A stretch of 63,759 nucleotides of DNA, filler included, from Octopus bimaculoides (GCF_001194135.2; 7 parts of 5 records of this genome joined end to end with filler, not necessarily neighbours in it), one strand, 5' to 3'. Positions 13,321-27,068 are shown, counted from the whole stretch's first letter. Numbers and translations are program-made. Notes: generated from the sequence alone by a model not told the origin.

Positions 13321-13360
<40 letters not shown>
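12720..13360. repeat. (TA)n/(CA)n/(TG)n microsatellite clusters
   Basis: Directly visible at 12720-12930 and 13160-13360. Confidence 0.9.
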
Positions 13361-13364
<4 letters not shown>

Positions 13365-14299
13365 TGCCATTTACTGTACTTTTAAATTTGCCAGCTTTAA
13401 ATTTTCTTTATGTCGGTATGTGAACTGAATTTCCAAGTGGTATGTGCAATGAAATTATGCATATTGTCAACCATAAATGCATTTGCTTGTTTTTAACTGT
13501 GTTGCTATGTTGCTATCACAATGATTTCTCACTCTCAATTTCTCTCCTCTTTTTTCTTTACTTCCCTCTTATGAATCTCATACCTAGAAATAAACGAATG
13601 CTTATCGATAATGTTTGTATGCAGAACAAACACATTTGAGTCGTTATTTTGAGAACCTATATTAAATTCATTTGTAGCTATTTCAGTCAGTTGACACGGG
13701 AAGTAGTTCCCTTGCTTTATCTGCTAGAAATAAGACACACATATTTCTATCACATCCTCTGGTCTTTAAAAACAAACAGATTAAATATATTGAATGATGA
13801 AATAGGAGATAATCTATGTTTGAAAACCATGATGGGAAATAGTTATTGGACTACTTAAACAAGTAGAAACAAAACGACAGGATGATCAGGACAAGAATGC
13901 GTTGTTATCGTGAATGTCTCCAATCGGAGGTTACCTTAAGATTAAATGGCATGCCATATCCGTCATTCAGAAGCGAGTATGACTTAATTACTTGCATCGT
14001 GCATTTGCTTGACATTTTAAGTGCCTATGTCGTTACAAACAGACATAGTTACCCGCTTGATACCAAAGACACGGCTGGAGCGAGAGCGTGCCGCGTCAAT
14101 ACCTAGTTGAATAGACTGAAGGAGCATCTACTGGTTCAAGAACCGAACCCATAACGCTGTGATTGTGAGCCATAATCATTGTCCCAATTCGAAATGTTAC
14201 CATTGTGTTAAATATTTCCATTAAAGCTTCTAGTTCAGTATTTCAATTTTTTTTTTTTATTATATCAGGATAAAATTTATGGAATAGACAGAGATTTAA

Positions 14300-14900
14300 A
14301 AAAATGATCTGGTCAAATTAACCATACAGGATAATGTCTCAATATGGATACAGTTAAATTTTCTCGATGATTAAAAGAATGAAAGCTTAATACAATACAT
14401 ATTTTCTTATGTATGATAAACAAGGGATGTAATCAGTATAAGACAGGGTCTATAAGTATCATCATTCTCTCTTCCATTTCTAGTATTCCTTTATGATGCT
14501 CATGGTTTTCAACATAGAAGTGAATGTTTTTAGCAGACACAATATAAGTTATGATGATTGACTAAGGACGCTATATCTACTATCAAGGCAACCAACAGAT
14601 TGGCTTGATCTCGAGCCGGAACACAGTTCAATAATTATCTTTTAAACAGTGTCATATGATCATTGAACATAGTTGGTCTTGTGCCATTCCTGTCAAAGCA
14701 CCACCACTGATCTTGCTGGGATGTTCTTCTCAAAAACGCCAGCCTTCTGAATTACCTATTTTTGTACATCCTTTTTTTAAACCATTGATCTTTCAAAACA
14801 AACATTAGCATTGTATATTTAAACGGATTCCGTGGTCATATTATGGCCATAGACCCAAAACTGTCCACCAGACCACCCTAATACAAGAGAAATTTAAAGA
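14300..14900 (-). mobile_element. Possible very old mariner transposase fossil
   Basis: Minus strand SGGQFWVYGHNMTTE resembles TGDETWVYGYD.ET; other motifs are barely detectable. Confidence 0.25.
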
Positions 14901-15861
14901 GCAAACCTTATGAGACGCAAGCTCATTATATAAATACAGATAATGTACGGATCGCTAGTAAGAACAACACGATTAGCTATTCTATGTACATCGTTAACAG
15001 CGTCGATCTAAACGGTTTCATTGCACTTGTGACCAGATTAACAACAATGAAAATGAATTAGGAAATCTTAACAGATACAAGATCATTATAAACACAAACT
15101 CTATGACGTTAGTTAATAAGAACCTCATGATTAAATAATCTATGAATATTATATAAAATTTGAGTGAAATCCTTAGAGTTTCGTGTAGAAATGTCTAAGT
15201 TTTGCATACATTTCAAGATATTCTTACTGAAAAGATATGCCAAGTATCTTAACATTTCCTAGTCATGAATGATTGATTTTGTGATAGCTTTGGCAGGCAA
15301 TTCTATAATCATACATTTAAATTATCTCTCGTTTATACGAACTTCTTTGAAGTCTTGATATGTGAAGGACATTCATTTGTGATGTAAGATATTGTTCGTT
15401 GATGTGCGATAATGGCACCGCTTTTGCATAAATCAAGATAAAACTTTTGAAGTATAAGCAGTCGAACAGAGTTGAATCTTCGTCACAGAATGAGCGTCAT
15501 TACATAGGAATATTCGTCCCAATGTGTGTTTATGTAGGTTTCTCTTCTTGTATGGCTAAACAATAATACATTCAAATGCATTTCACTATTTCAGTTCTAG
15601 GTTTCCTCTCACATAAGCAGTATATGTTGAATATTCATTATACTTTAAAACATTTGATTTTTTTCTGTAACGTATTGCTGTTTTGATGCGCCATAGAGCA
15701 ATTAGCTAAGTGGTAGCTGTCAATGCCTTATGACCGATGTTTTTGTTTTATGACTATGCCCAATATATCCTTCAAATAATGACTTAAGGAGGTTATATGG
15801 ATCATTAAATGTTTTGAAGAGGAGACAACTGTCTAATTTCAAAGTTCCGCATATGGGCGTT

Positions 15862-15963
<102 letters not shown>

Positions 15964-15991
15964 GCTATAATATATTATACTATAGTATATT

Positions 15992-16170
15992 GGTTTCAAA
16001 TTTTGACCCAAGGCCAGCAAATTTGGGGGATGGTGTAGGTTGATTACATCAACCTCACTGCTCAAGTCGTTTTTACTTCATCGACCCGGAAAGAATAAAA
16101 GACAAGGTCGACCTCAGCGAAATTTGAACTCAGAACGTAAAGATGAACGAAATTCCGCTAAGCTGGCCCA
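15992..16170 (-). mobile_element. SINE family D
   Basis: catcgacccggaaagaataaaagacaaggtcgacctcagcgaaatttgaactcagaacg; B box gagttcaaatt on the minus strand. Confidence 0.85.
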
Positions 16171-16971
16171 CGAACTAGTGAGACCGTAGAGATCCTGGGC
16201 AACTTGTATAAAGATTGGTTTCACTATCTTTATAAAAAGAAGTGCTTATCTTTCCTTTCCCAGTTGCCCAGTACAGTATAGTATATAAATATATATACAC
16301 ATAAATATATATATTATATATACATACATGTGTGCGTGTGTGTGTGTGCATGTATATGTGTGAGTGTGTACACGAATACAGTACGTTGTCGAATACTAAG
16401 ATGATACCAATATGATTATATATGCGTGTGGATGCATTCATACATGTGTCCACAAAACATGTATACATAAACTGAAAGAAATTAAAACGGAGTTATCAGT
16501 TGTTAAAGTGCCTATTCTTGAGGGGGACATGTTATGTGTGTGAATGTGTGTGTGTGTGTGTGTGTATTATGTATGTATAGGTCGATAGATAGATAGAGAT
16601 ATATCGCAATCATATAAATATTTCACAGGCACATTGGGAAAATGCTTTCATGCGAAGCAAATTAACAAGAACGTTCAATAAAAGAGAATAAAGACAAAAT
16701 TTCGTGCGATAATGAATGCATAAAAGTCGCAAGATCGATGGCGCTACTATGTGCATGATAATAAAACTTATTAGTCGATTTACGGTTGCCGATGTAGGTA
16801 TTAAATTGACGGAAACTTCACTAGGCAAGTAGCACAGTAGCACAGTAATGCAAGTAGCACAGTAATGCAAGTAGCACAGGTTCTCCGAACACCGAGTATG
16901 CAATAGGCATTTTAAATTAATTTATGTTTTTGTGCCTTTCTATTTTACTTATATCACTATGTATTTCAGCA

Positions 16972-17020
<49 letters not shown>

Positions 17021-17767
17021 ACAGTTTTATATATGCTCTCTTCTGTTTATAAAGTAAATGAAATTTTCCTGCAAAATAGCTGGTCTCTGATAACAATTAA
17101 ACGCTCCATCTTTGGAATGTAGATAACAAAAACCAACTTACGTGAGAAAGGTTTGCATATGTTTACTGTTTCGCTTGTTATCGTAACGTCCATGTTAGNN
17201 NNNNNNNNACACACACACACACATACAGCTTCTCCAGATTCCCACTTCGTATTTACTAATAAAATCAAGTACGCTGAATATAACTAGTATTATAAATGCG
17301 AATGTATTATCCGGAATAGCAGCTGCAGATTTCGATGCATTTATCCTTGTCTTTCTCTTTGTTGTTCGATGAAATATTCACTTTATCAAGTTACCTGGCG
17401 ATACAATTTTTTAAAACTTTTTTCAATTCCCAATAATGTTATCCGGGCTGTGATGTTTGAATTTGTTAGAGTTTTTGATAGGAATGATCTACTAATATTC
17501 TTTATCTTGACATTTATGTGTGTATTAAATACCAGTGGTCTCTCTATATTTATCCCAGAAGTGTCTTATTTCCGCATGGCATTGTATATTGTTTTAGCGA
17601 CAACATCAAGTCGCACTAGGGAAACGGGTAGTACATTGATGCCATTTTTGTGCAGCTGCTAATTACATATGTAATGTCCTTAACATATGTTATGTCATTG
17701 ACATATTTGCTTGTATCTTTGGGCTCTCTAGACATTACTGTCTCATCTGTTAGGTATTTTGTCCACT

Positions 17768-17978
17768 CAGTCCACTCAACTGTCAAAAATGAGTAGTACC
17801 TGTATTTCAAAGGGCCGGCCTTGTCACGTTATGTGTCACGCTGAGTCTCCCTGAGAACTACGTTAGGGGTGCACGTGTGTGTGGATTGCTCAGTCACTTG
17901 CACGTTAATTTCACGTGCAAGCTGTTCCGTTGATCGTATCAGCTGGGACCCTCGTCGTCGTAACCGACGGAGTGCTCC
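17768..17978 (+). mobile_element. SINE: B-type core + A-type tail, 5'-truncated
   Basis: gtccactcaactgtcaaaaatgagta then cctgtatttcaaaggg...gaactacgtta...gacggagtgc. Confidence 0.85.
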
Positions 17979-18029
17979 TTCAGGTATTTTATAGCAATAT
18001 TCTGTTCTGGGTTTCCATGCACATTACCT

Positions 18030-18500
18030 ATGAAATGTAGAGTAATGTAGCGGCCACATGTCCAGCCATAGGTATTCTACATGTCGATGTGACTGTCATC
18101 TTGAAGTGTTCGGGAAATGTAACCTTACATAGTATTTTTTTTTATGTACTGAGCATTTCATAGCCAGAAATTCTTTCAAGTATGTTGGACCACTGGAATA
18201 GTCATCATGAAGGGAGTACTTCTCGAGGGCCTCGCTGTCGATACGTAAGACGTTGTTCTCTTCTCTATTCAGTTTCCAAGCATATGTATTTATTTTTACT
18301 ATTGTTGTTTAGCAAGTGCTGTCTGTGAGACTATAAAACATTCGAAGGTAAGGCTGTCAGCACTGATCTGCAACCTCTAGTGCCTTCAGCACTTCTTCGG
18401 TAGAACCTGTCGGTATCAGTGTTTTGTGAAATTCTCCTGTTGATGTCAGGATCTTTCAAATGTTAACGTCTATGCAGTGGGTGTTCTCTAAATACCAGTT
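18030..18500 (-). pseudogene. Decayed LINE (RTE-like) C-terminal fragment
   Basis: Minus strand DPDINRRIS, AWKLNREENNVLRI, MAGHVA resemble EI.RRI, E.W.L, WAGHV.R. Confidence 0.45.
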
Positions 18501-19008
18501 AAGTGTTCCAAATCGTGGTATCAGCGCTGCTACTGCAAATTATATATAGTATTGTAAGAAGAGAATTCCGACTGCCTTATTATTCTATAATTGTGGTGTA
18601 ACAGTCTCTGGACATTTTGTCGATATTCACAGCACATTTGTGTGTTAATCTATTTGTGCCCCCAAATTAGCCAGGAATTAAGAACATTTTATGTAAGCAC
18701 AGTATCTCTACCAAGCATAGGTTAAACTATGGCTACAGCAAAATCAACTTACTCGAGGTGCCACACAAGAATTGAAGAATGTATAATATGTAGATGTGAA
18801 TTTACAGTCTCATCACATGACTATGTCCGCTTGAACATTAACGTCCTTACGTTACCAAATTAAAAACAGTGACAGGTGTACAAATAATTCAACTAAAGCA
18901 TGTAAAATGCATGTTACGCTCCATTTTACATGGCGATTATACATCAAAACCTTAAGTTGTGTTAAAATCATTGTTACAGGTAATCTCAAATACAATAAGC
19001 GAACAATA

Positions 19009-19240
19009 CAATAATTCCCCTATTATCACGGGTGTTACGTTCCAAAACCCCGCATGATAGGTGAAAATATGTGAAGCTGAAACAGTGCTGTACTTTAGAT
19101 ATTTTTTATTTTTGTAATTTATATAGATTTATTTATTATAAATGCAGAACAACACCACAGAGGAATCGACGCAAGCTTAAATAATAAACCGCGATAGGTG
19201 AATCGCGACAGGTGAACCGCGATACGGCGAGGGATTATTA
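19009..19240. mobile_element. Tigger/pogo-like MITE
   Basis: TA|caataattcccctattatcacggg...ccgcgatacggcgagggattatta|TA; degenerate inverted ends plus gttacgttccaaaacccc. Confidence 0.65.
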
Positions 19241-20739
19241 TACGACAGACACTACCATTCATATTTTTATCATTTTTGCAACATAAGCGCTAATTAATAA
19301 ACGCATTAATTTATAGCTATTTTCTGTTTATTTGTAAATATTCTATAAGATAGCATCTTTTACCGCCAAGATTTTAAGCCTTATAATATTATATAATTAT
19401 GAAAATTCATTTAAATCTCAAAATTAATCACGTGTGGTAGCTTATATTTTTTTGTTGGCTATATTTTATGTTAACAATCTATTACAACATTGCTATTATC
19501 TTATTTTCTTTACAGATATCACAGCAAAAACGGCTACGAAAGCATTTTGAATTCATTAATCTAATGTGGTCAAGAAATATATGGAAATATGTTTTAGTGT
19601 CACAAAACTGTGAATTTTATGTCGCATAACTACTGATAATATTTCATATCACCTCATATAAAACAAGATTTGCTCATCAGCACATTGTCGCTATCTAGAA
19701 TACAAACGTTTTAACACAAAAGCGGTTCTCGTTCATTTTTCCTGTCAGTTTTTTACATAAAGGATTTTATAACAATAGAAAGAAAGAATTTCTTTCTTGT
19801 ATCTCATTGTCAATAACATATATTTATATATATTTATGTATTTTAATTATATTTATATAATCTTCTGATTCATTGTTAAATATTTCATTATCAAATGTTG
19901 TTCCCCGACTATTAGATAAAAGTTTTATTGTTGCTCTTGTTTTTTAGAATTTGTAATATATTCCTGCCTAAATATGAATGCAGAAAACAATGTTAAAATG
20001 ATTGTGCATGAGAGGAATATTGTATAACATTGTGTTATATTGTTAGACACCAAGAAAGATTGCATCGTATATGAGAATATATCTGAATCGATCGAATTTG
20101 CTGATACATGCGCATGTATTAAAAAAAATATTGATTCAGAGTTAGACTTGTCCAGGTTCCGAATTCGATTTCGTTGTGCAGCCACTTTGGAAGATGTCTT
20201 CTGCCTCTGATCAATCAAAGAACATATGACTGAAATAAGGTATATAAAAAACATCCAGATGCCTGTCTAATAGTCTTTGGATCATCTGTTAACCAACGTA
20301 ACATTATCTCCATTTTGAGGATGACTCAAAATTTTGATGCATTGCTTCATACTTTAGGACAAGCTATAAGCGTTAGTTCATTCCTCTTCACTTGTGTCGC
20401 TGACTCTTCTATTAAGCCATTAAAAATACATCGATTTTCGTTTGGTTTGCAAAGTAAATGTTTCCAAATTGAACTTGAAAACGAGAGGAATTTACAGTCA
20501 GATAGATTTCAATTACTTTCATTCCTCTGCGTTTGTATCATATCAGATATTAAAGAGTATTTCAGAATTTATTAGTATAGAAAACAATTTTCTTTCCATT
20601 TCAATGATCACGATTTTGAAGGATTGTGTAGTATATTCTTGTCAAGAAAATATGTGAGACACGATAATGTTTCTAATGAATTCCATTGTACTGAATTTTT
20701 AAGCTATATGACAAATAATATAAGTAATCGTAATATTAG

Positions 20740-20952
20740 TTTCAAATTTTGGCACTTAGCTAGCGATTTCGGGAAAGGGGTAAGGCGATTACATGGACCA
20801 CAGTGTTCAACTGGTATTTATTTTATCGTTTCCGAAAGGATGAAAAGCAAAGTCGACCTCGGCTGAATTTGAACTCAGAACGTAAACACAGAGGAAACAC
20901 CGCCAAGCCTTTTTCCCGGGGTGCTAACGATTCTGCTAGTTCACCGCCTTAA
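20740..20952 (-). mobile_element. SINE family D
   Basis: ccgaaaggatgaaaagcaaagtcgacctcggctgaatttgaactcagaacg...ttcaccgcctt. Confidence 0.88.
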
Positions 20953-21714
20953 GTAATAATTATATTTGTTCTAAGATAGGCACTAGGCCTCAGATTTAGG
21001 GAATGTTATGGTTGGATTTTACCAGGGCTGCTACCGTGTTTTATTGACAATAGGAGAATGAAAGACGGTGTTCAGTACAACGAGATTTGATCTTAAAAGA
21101 TAAGGAGTTGTAACTAAAAACGGAAAGTGAACATTCAACACATTGGCGTGCCTGCAAATTCACTATCTGTTCTGTCGAAGATGGTTTCTGTTTCTTTTTT
21201 CTGTCACTGGCACGAAGGTAGAAATGTGGAGGAAGGTAGTCAGTGAATAAAAGGACTTCAGTACTTAATTTTGTCGAGCATGAAAGAATGAACGGTAGCG
21301 TTGGTCTCCGTAGTGATGAAGTCAGAATTTAAAACTCGGTAATTAAATATAACAGGATTTTATAAACTTCTACCCATTCGTTGCCAGATTGCTTTGATAC
21401 AATAGGTTAATCCTGGTATTTCTGGCTTCTCTAGTTTTCCTCCAAAGTAAAAACTGTCTGCTTTAATAGCAGAATACGACAGGCCTGCATGTAAGAAGTC
21501 ACACATAAGTTCAGTGTTGATAACCTAATTTCTGAAGGGTTATGAAAATAAATGAACATTGCCGTTCATTTATTCATGCACAACAAAATTATGTGCTGTT
21601 TGAGAACTGGGGTACTTTTATTCAGTGACTGCCTTTCTCTACATTTCTACCTTCGTGACATTGATAGAAAAAAGAAACAGAAACCATAATCGACAGAACA
21701 GACCGAGAATTCGC

Positions 21715-22035
21715 AGGCGAGGGTTCAGTCCCACTGCGTGGCACCTTCAGAAAGTGTCTTCTACTATGGCCTCCTGGACGACTATAACTCTTGTAAATGG
21801 ATATGGTAGACGGAAGCTGAAAAAAGCCCGTTGTATATNNNNNNNNNNNNNNNNNNNNNNNNNNNNNNNNNNNNNNNNNNNNNNNNNNNNNNNNNNNNNN
21901 NNNNNNNNNNNNNNNNNNNNNNNNNNNNNNNNNNNNNNNNNNNNNNNNNNNNNNNNNNNNNNNNNNNNNNNNNNNNNNNNNNNNNNNNNNNNNNNNNNNN
22001 NNNNNNNNNNNNNNNNNNNNNNNNNNNNNNNNNNN

Positions 22036-22074
<39 letters not shown>

Positions 22075-22201
22075 GTATTTGTGTGTCTGTGTTTGTCCCA
22101 CCACCATCTCTTGACAACCGATGTTGCTGTGCTTACGTCCCGTAACTTAGCGGTTCAAGCAAAAAGGACGATAGAATAAGTACTAGACTTACAAAGAATA
22201 A
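21715..22201 (+). mobile_element. SINE family C, interrupted at its 3' end by a PLE insertion
   Basis: gggttcagtcccactgcgtggcacc...cttacaaagaataa; the internal microsatellite lies in a gap. Confidence 0.9.
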
Positions 22202-22309
22202 TCGAGTTCGATTCCAGACAGTAACCTGAACAATAATAATAATAATAATAACAACAACAACATCGGAAAATACCTTAGGAATGAGAACCCAGGTTCGAAA
22301 TTTCCCCAA

Positions 22310-22355
22310 GACACCTGATGAAGGCTGGAGGATATATGAGCCGAAGCATTGTGTT
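22310..22355 (+). ncRNA. Minimal type I hammerhead-like motif, copy 1 (degenerate GAAA)
   Basis: gacac-CTGATGA-a-ggct...agcc-GAAGCATT-gtgtt. Confidence 0.5.
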
Positions 22356-22439
22356 AACAACAAAGAAGATGAGGACAAATATCCGTCGAATAATTTGAAA
22401 TAGTGAAGACACACCAGATTAAGAAGTTTATGAAACTCA

Positions 22440-22890
22440 AAGGTCAGAGCAAGAAAATATATGCGGTCCATATGACATCAGAACGGCATTCAAGAGAAAT
22501 ACAACTCTTCGCAAATATCTTCTTCGAGTAAAACCACCAATAGAAGAGAATATGACCAAAGAGTGCGAGTAATCCATCCCATGCAGCAGTGGTAGGTTAT
22601 ACAAAGGTGAAACATGTCGCCCTCTCAAAAGAAGGGTAGACGAACATCGCAAAGCTGTGACACGAGGAGATATTGATAAATTGGGTATAGCTGACCATGT
22701 ATGGAAAAATGGAGACCACCTCCCCTTGTGGGTTAAAATTAAAATAATAGTCAGAGAACACCACTGGAAAATACGAAAACTAAAAGAAGCAGCACATATG
22801 GTAGGACACAATAATCTCCTAAACAGACCGAGTGCAGATATGAGCAGCATATGGGAACCGGTATTAAGAAAGGTTAGGAAAATATTATAT
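22440..22890 (+). pseudogene. PLE GIY-YIG endonuclease remnant
   Basis: ICGPYDIRTAFKRNTTLRKYLLRVKPP...*SIPCSSGRLYKGETCRPLKRRVDEHRKA...ADHVWKNGDH...LKEA; one in-frame stop, no RT. Confidence 0.9.
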
Positions 22891-22911
22891 TTTCACCACA
22901 TAATTGCCCAC

Positions 22912-22975
22912 GGGCATATGGCGTAGTGGTTAAAAGAGCGGGCTACTTACACCAACATTCCGAGTTCGATTTCAA
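22912..22975 (+). promoter_or_regulatory. tRNA-type internal Pol III promoter in the PLE terminal repeat
   Basis: A box TGGCGTAGTGG (22919-22929); B box GAGTTCGATTTC (22962-22973; GAGTTCGATTCC in the other copy, 22204-22215); tRNA-like spacing. Confidence 0.7.
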
Positions 22976-23070
22976 GCAGTAACCTGAACAACAACAATAA
23001 TAATAATAATAATAATAATAACATCAAAAAACACCTTAGGAATGAGAACCCAGGTTCGAAATTCCCCCAA

Positions 23071-23122
23071 GACACCTGATGAAGGGTATATCAGGAGGGT
23101 ATATCAGCCGAAACGTTGTGTT
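23071..23122 (+). ncRNA. Minimal type I hammerhead-like motif, copy 2 (stem II disrupted by a 13-bp duplication)
   Basis: gacac-CTGATGA-agggtatatcagg agggtatatcagcc-GAAACGTT-gtgtt. Confidence 0.55.
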
Positions 23123-24809
23123 AACAACAAAGACGAGGACAAATATCCGTCGAATGTAAATAATGTACATAATTCCTCATCTCTTAAATATAGAATTACA
23201 AAGAATAAGTATTTCGCTAAGTGATGCAATATCTAAACGATCAAACAGAATTGAAGATGGCCTCTACATCCCCCTAAATACTACACATCACCACACAACT
23301 GAAGCTGAATAATAAGGCTAGCTTTCATATTTTTATTGATGAAGTGTATGTAAGATAATTTAAGACTCTTAAATCTATCAGAGCCACAGGTCAGGCTCAT
23401 GTTAACAATTTATATGGCTGATACGGGACTTCAGTAAGATACGTTTACAAAGAATGTGATTAAGTTTTAATATACACACCTGAAATACTCCGTAAAGCCA
23501 TGTAAGGATACATCACCCGATAACACATCAACGAATAAAAATAACAACAGATGACAATATAAAGTTTATGAGACAGAAACAAAATAAAATACATGTCCTA
23601 CTTAAAAAGAAAATTATCAATTTTGACACGAGAAACTTCTTTAGTTGCAAACAGTAAATGTAAATCTGTTAGCTGAAAATGAAAGAGAAGCCTTTTACAA
23701 TGTATGTAACTCTAGATTAGTCGTCATTTTTATCATTTCTAAATCGGACAATTTCTGTTGTTTTACATAATGTTAATGGTACCATTATAGAGCTTAAATT
23801 TACGGGTATTAACAGTAAAAGGAAATAGTGTCGAGGTCGTAATTCCTTCACCATATAATTCGTAAATTGAGGTGTAAGTCTGAAGCAGAGTTGAAATGGA
23901 GAAATATATTTGGGATTTCAGGAAGCTTACTTGTTATCGTCAAATCATATTTGAATGTTGTTGATCGCATAGCTTTTCTGTGAAGAACAAGTAGCCAACG
24001 ATATCTGCTTCATCGCTTAGTCTTGGATAAAAATAATGGAAATCGAAAGTACCAATTAAAGACAGGATACCAAATAATCTGAGACAATTGGATATATGCA
24101 CATTAGAAAAGAAATGGATATCAGTATATATTACATATGCAATAGCATTGGTGTTTGGTGTTAGGATATACAACGTTAAAATAAGTGTAGATTTATGAGA
24201 GAAGCTACGACAAAGTAATTTGCACTTGTCTTCCATGGAGAAATATATTTGTAGTTGATCGGCGAACAATCTGCAAGCCAATGTCTCTAAAGTAAATCGT
24301 TTTGTTAAACATGTAGATGAATTTTCTATTGTGCTGTGTGAATGTGTGAGAGAGAGCGAAAAGATATGGGATTGATGTGAATGTTTTCATTATGAAAACC
24401 ACAGTAATATGTTTGTTTAGAGTAGAAGAAAAATCGATTTCTTATAGAAATAACAGTCGAGATAATGCAAATAGGTACTGCACGCGTATGATCATTTTTT
24501 TTTTTAAATCCTGATAATATATTTTGAATCGTCATCTACAGAAGAAAGAGTTTTATGATCAAAATAATAATATCCATTCATTACAGAATGTGTCCATTTA
24601 GATAAAGCAGGGCTAAACATATCATTTCCAGGCACAGTAGTTCAGCTCATGTCAAAGTAACCCAGGTCAATTTATTTCATTTTCTTTAGTTCGCACTTCC
24701 ACTACGAGTTGCATCCTGTCTTAAATACGGCGTTGGTATGTATTGTATCAACACTTTGTGATTTATTTTCACACCAATTACTTTTCACTCAACGCACAAT
24801 AAGCGCTAC

Positions 24810-24880
24810 AGTGTGTTTACGTATATTATATACATATATGTATGTATATATACATACATATATATATACATATATATGTA

Positions 24881-24976
<96 letters not shown>

Positions 24977-25146
24977 NNNNNNNNNNNNNNNNNNNNNNNN
25001 NNNNNNNNNNNNNNNNNNNNTTAATTAATTAANNNNNNNNNNNNNNNNNNNNNNNNNNNNNNNNNNNNNNNNNNNNTACTTAAATACTGTTTGATTTCAT
25101 TTATGTATATATGTACGTATGTATGTATACTCACACGTATATATAT

Positions 25147-25212
<66 letters not shown>
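24810..25212. repeat. (TA/CATA)n and (TG)n tracts around a spacer gap
   Basis: Directly visible. Confidence 0.92.
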
Positions 25213-25218
<6 letters not shown>

Positions 25219-25379
25219 TTACTTTTAACATTTATTTGTTTCAGCTGCACGCGCTGGCCATGCTGGGGCACTGCTAATGGTCTGATTATTAATACGTCAT
25301 TTCGTTTCGACGGCCTTCTCTCCGCGTTTGGTTATTGTGAATGAAGGAACTAAAAAATGTCGCTTTTGTTTTTCTTTTG

Positions 25380-26800
25380 CGTTTCCTGTCGTGATGTGGG
25401 CTCATCTTGTATGTGAGGTAAAAATATGTGCTTTGAATATTTCCACGTTTACACCTGATGCTGAATTCAAGTTCATCTCATGAATGGCTGATCTTCATAT
25501 GTTATGTCAACGTAACCGATAGCTTCATCTTCTCTGTATGGATCTTTAGTGTTTATGAACTCATCAGGTTTTGTTTGTTTGCTTATCTCCCGCAGGCGAG
25601 TGAAAATACTTTGGAATTGTTTATTTAGGTTTTGACTTATCCTCATTGACTCAGCAGTCGATGAACTGTTTTCTTCAAACAGTAGCCCTATCCTGTCTCA
25701 TACTAAAACGGATTATCTTGCAAATTTTTGAAAGACCTTAAGGTTCGTTTTTATTATTTTCAACAACCCTGGTTTCTCTTTCTTCCACTAACACCCTCAC
25801 GCTTTCACCGGAAAGTTTGAGTTTATTTTCGATCTCTGAAAGTGCCAAGTTAAGTGAGATTCCTCGCTCCATTTAGTTATTGACTTAAACGATTTGAGAT
25901 CCTCAGCCTTATTTTTACTCTCATAAGAACTCTAGGAACATTATTTCCTTATTTCTTTATTGCCCACAAGGGGCTAAACATAGAGGGGACAAACAAGGAC
26001 AGACAAAGGGATTAAGTCGATTACATCGACCCCAGTGCGTAACTGGCACTTATTTAATCGACCCCGAAAGGATGAAAGGCTAAGTCGACCTCGGCGGAAT
26101 TTGAACTCAGAACGTAACGGCAGACGAAATACCGCTAAACATTTCGCTCTGCGTGCTAGCATTTCTGCCAGCACGCCGCCTTCCGTGTGTATTAGCTCTT
26201 CCTTCTGGGAGAAATTTAATGCATATGGCTTGCATTATTGACATAGATTCTATAAGTTCCCTGCCATTGTTTAGCTTATAGAGTCTTTCGGGCCAATTTT
26301 GTTTTAAGATCTCTCTTTGAACCGATTTCCAGTTACCTTTATAAAAGTTCAAACTGGATGGGTTTCGAGTTCTTCCTATATGGTGCACAGCTTCGATTCG
26401 TTATGGATCTGTTAGTTCTACTATCATAGTCTGAGAAATTCGTCTGTAAGACCATCACATTGTGGCGGAGTTCCGTTTTACTAGTGAAGAAACAGTTCAA
26501 GAAGCTGTTGCTTCTGATTTGCTACTGTTATAATTTGTTAAATGAGCATCTTTTTAGTGAGATCAAATAATGATTTCACTCTATTTTATTCATGGCTTGA
26601 TATTCCAGCAATTATGTTGCCTTCAGGCCATTTGATGTGGGAGAAATTGAAGTCGCCAAACGGGAAATATATTAATGAGGGAGTCTGTTCTAGTACTTCT
26701 TTTCACTTCTTTAATTATTCTGAGGCTTTCTTCGAATTTACCATCGTGACTTGAGACATCAGGTACACATTACAACATCGGGTTGTTTTCTGTCAGGAGT
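25380..26800 (-). pseudogene. CR1/L2-type LINE fossil (APE endonuclease to linker), interrupted by a SINE
   Basis: Minus strand FGDFNFSHIKWPEG (GDFN at 26643-26657), QII, LLELF, FSD, then ISQNLNKQFQSIFT and NSASG. Confidence 0.75.
25951..26181 (-). mobile_element. SINE family D, full length
   Basis: tttctttattgcccacaaggggctaaac...gaatttgaactcagaacg...ccagcacgccgcc; near-identical to 53311-53542. Confidence 0.93.
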
Positions 26801-26909
26801 ACTCAACCATTTTTTAATCTATGGACCCCTTTGATTACTATTTTATTCTAATGAACTCCCACAGCCATTCGCTGTTTAAAAACTAGTTTTATAGACATTT
26901 AAAAAAATT

Positions 26910-26947
<38 letters not shown>

Positions 26948-27036
26948 GACCATAGAAATATATGGGTGAATACAGATACAAACACACACACACACATACA
27001 TACATACATACATACGTACATACATACATACATACA

Positions 27037-27068
<32 letters not shown>

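Larger units (their letters stand above)
22202..23195 (+). mobile_element. Penelope-like element: partial terminal repeat + GIY-YIG fragment + full terminal repeat
   Basis: 13-bp TSD ttacaaagaataa (22189-22201, 23196-23208); direct repeats at about 22202-22390 and 22960-23155. Confidence 0.9.

Noticed and set aside
22912-22985. tRNA gene
   Set aside because: It has A and B boxes but no convincing cloverleaf or acceptor stem, and it is part of a mobile-element repeat. The same applies to the SINE heads.
24080-24320. LRQLDICTLEKK resembling a CR1 C-terminus
   Set aside because: Too degenerate to support without an alignment.
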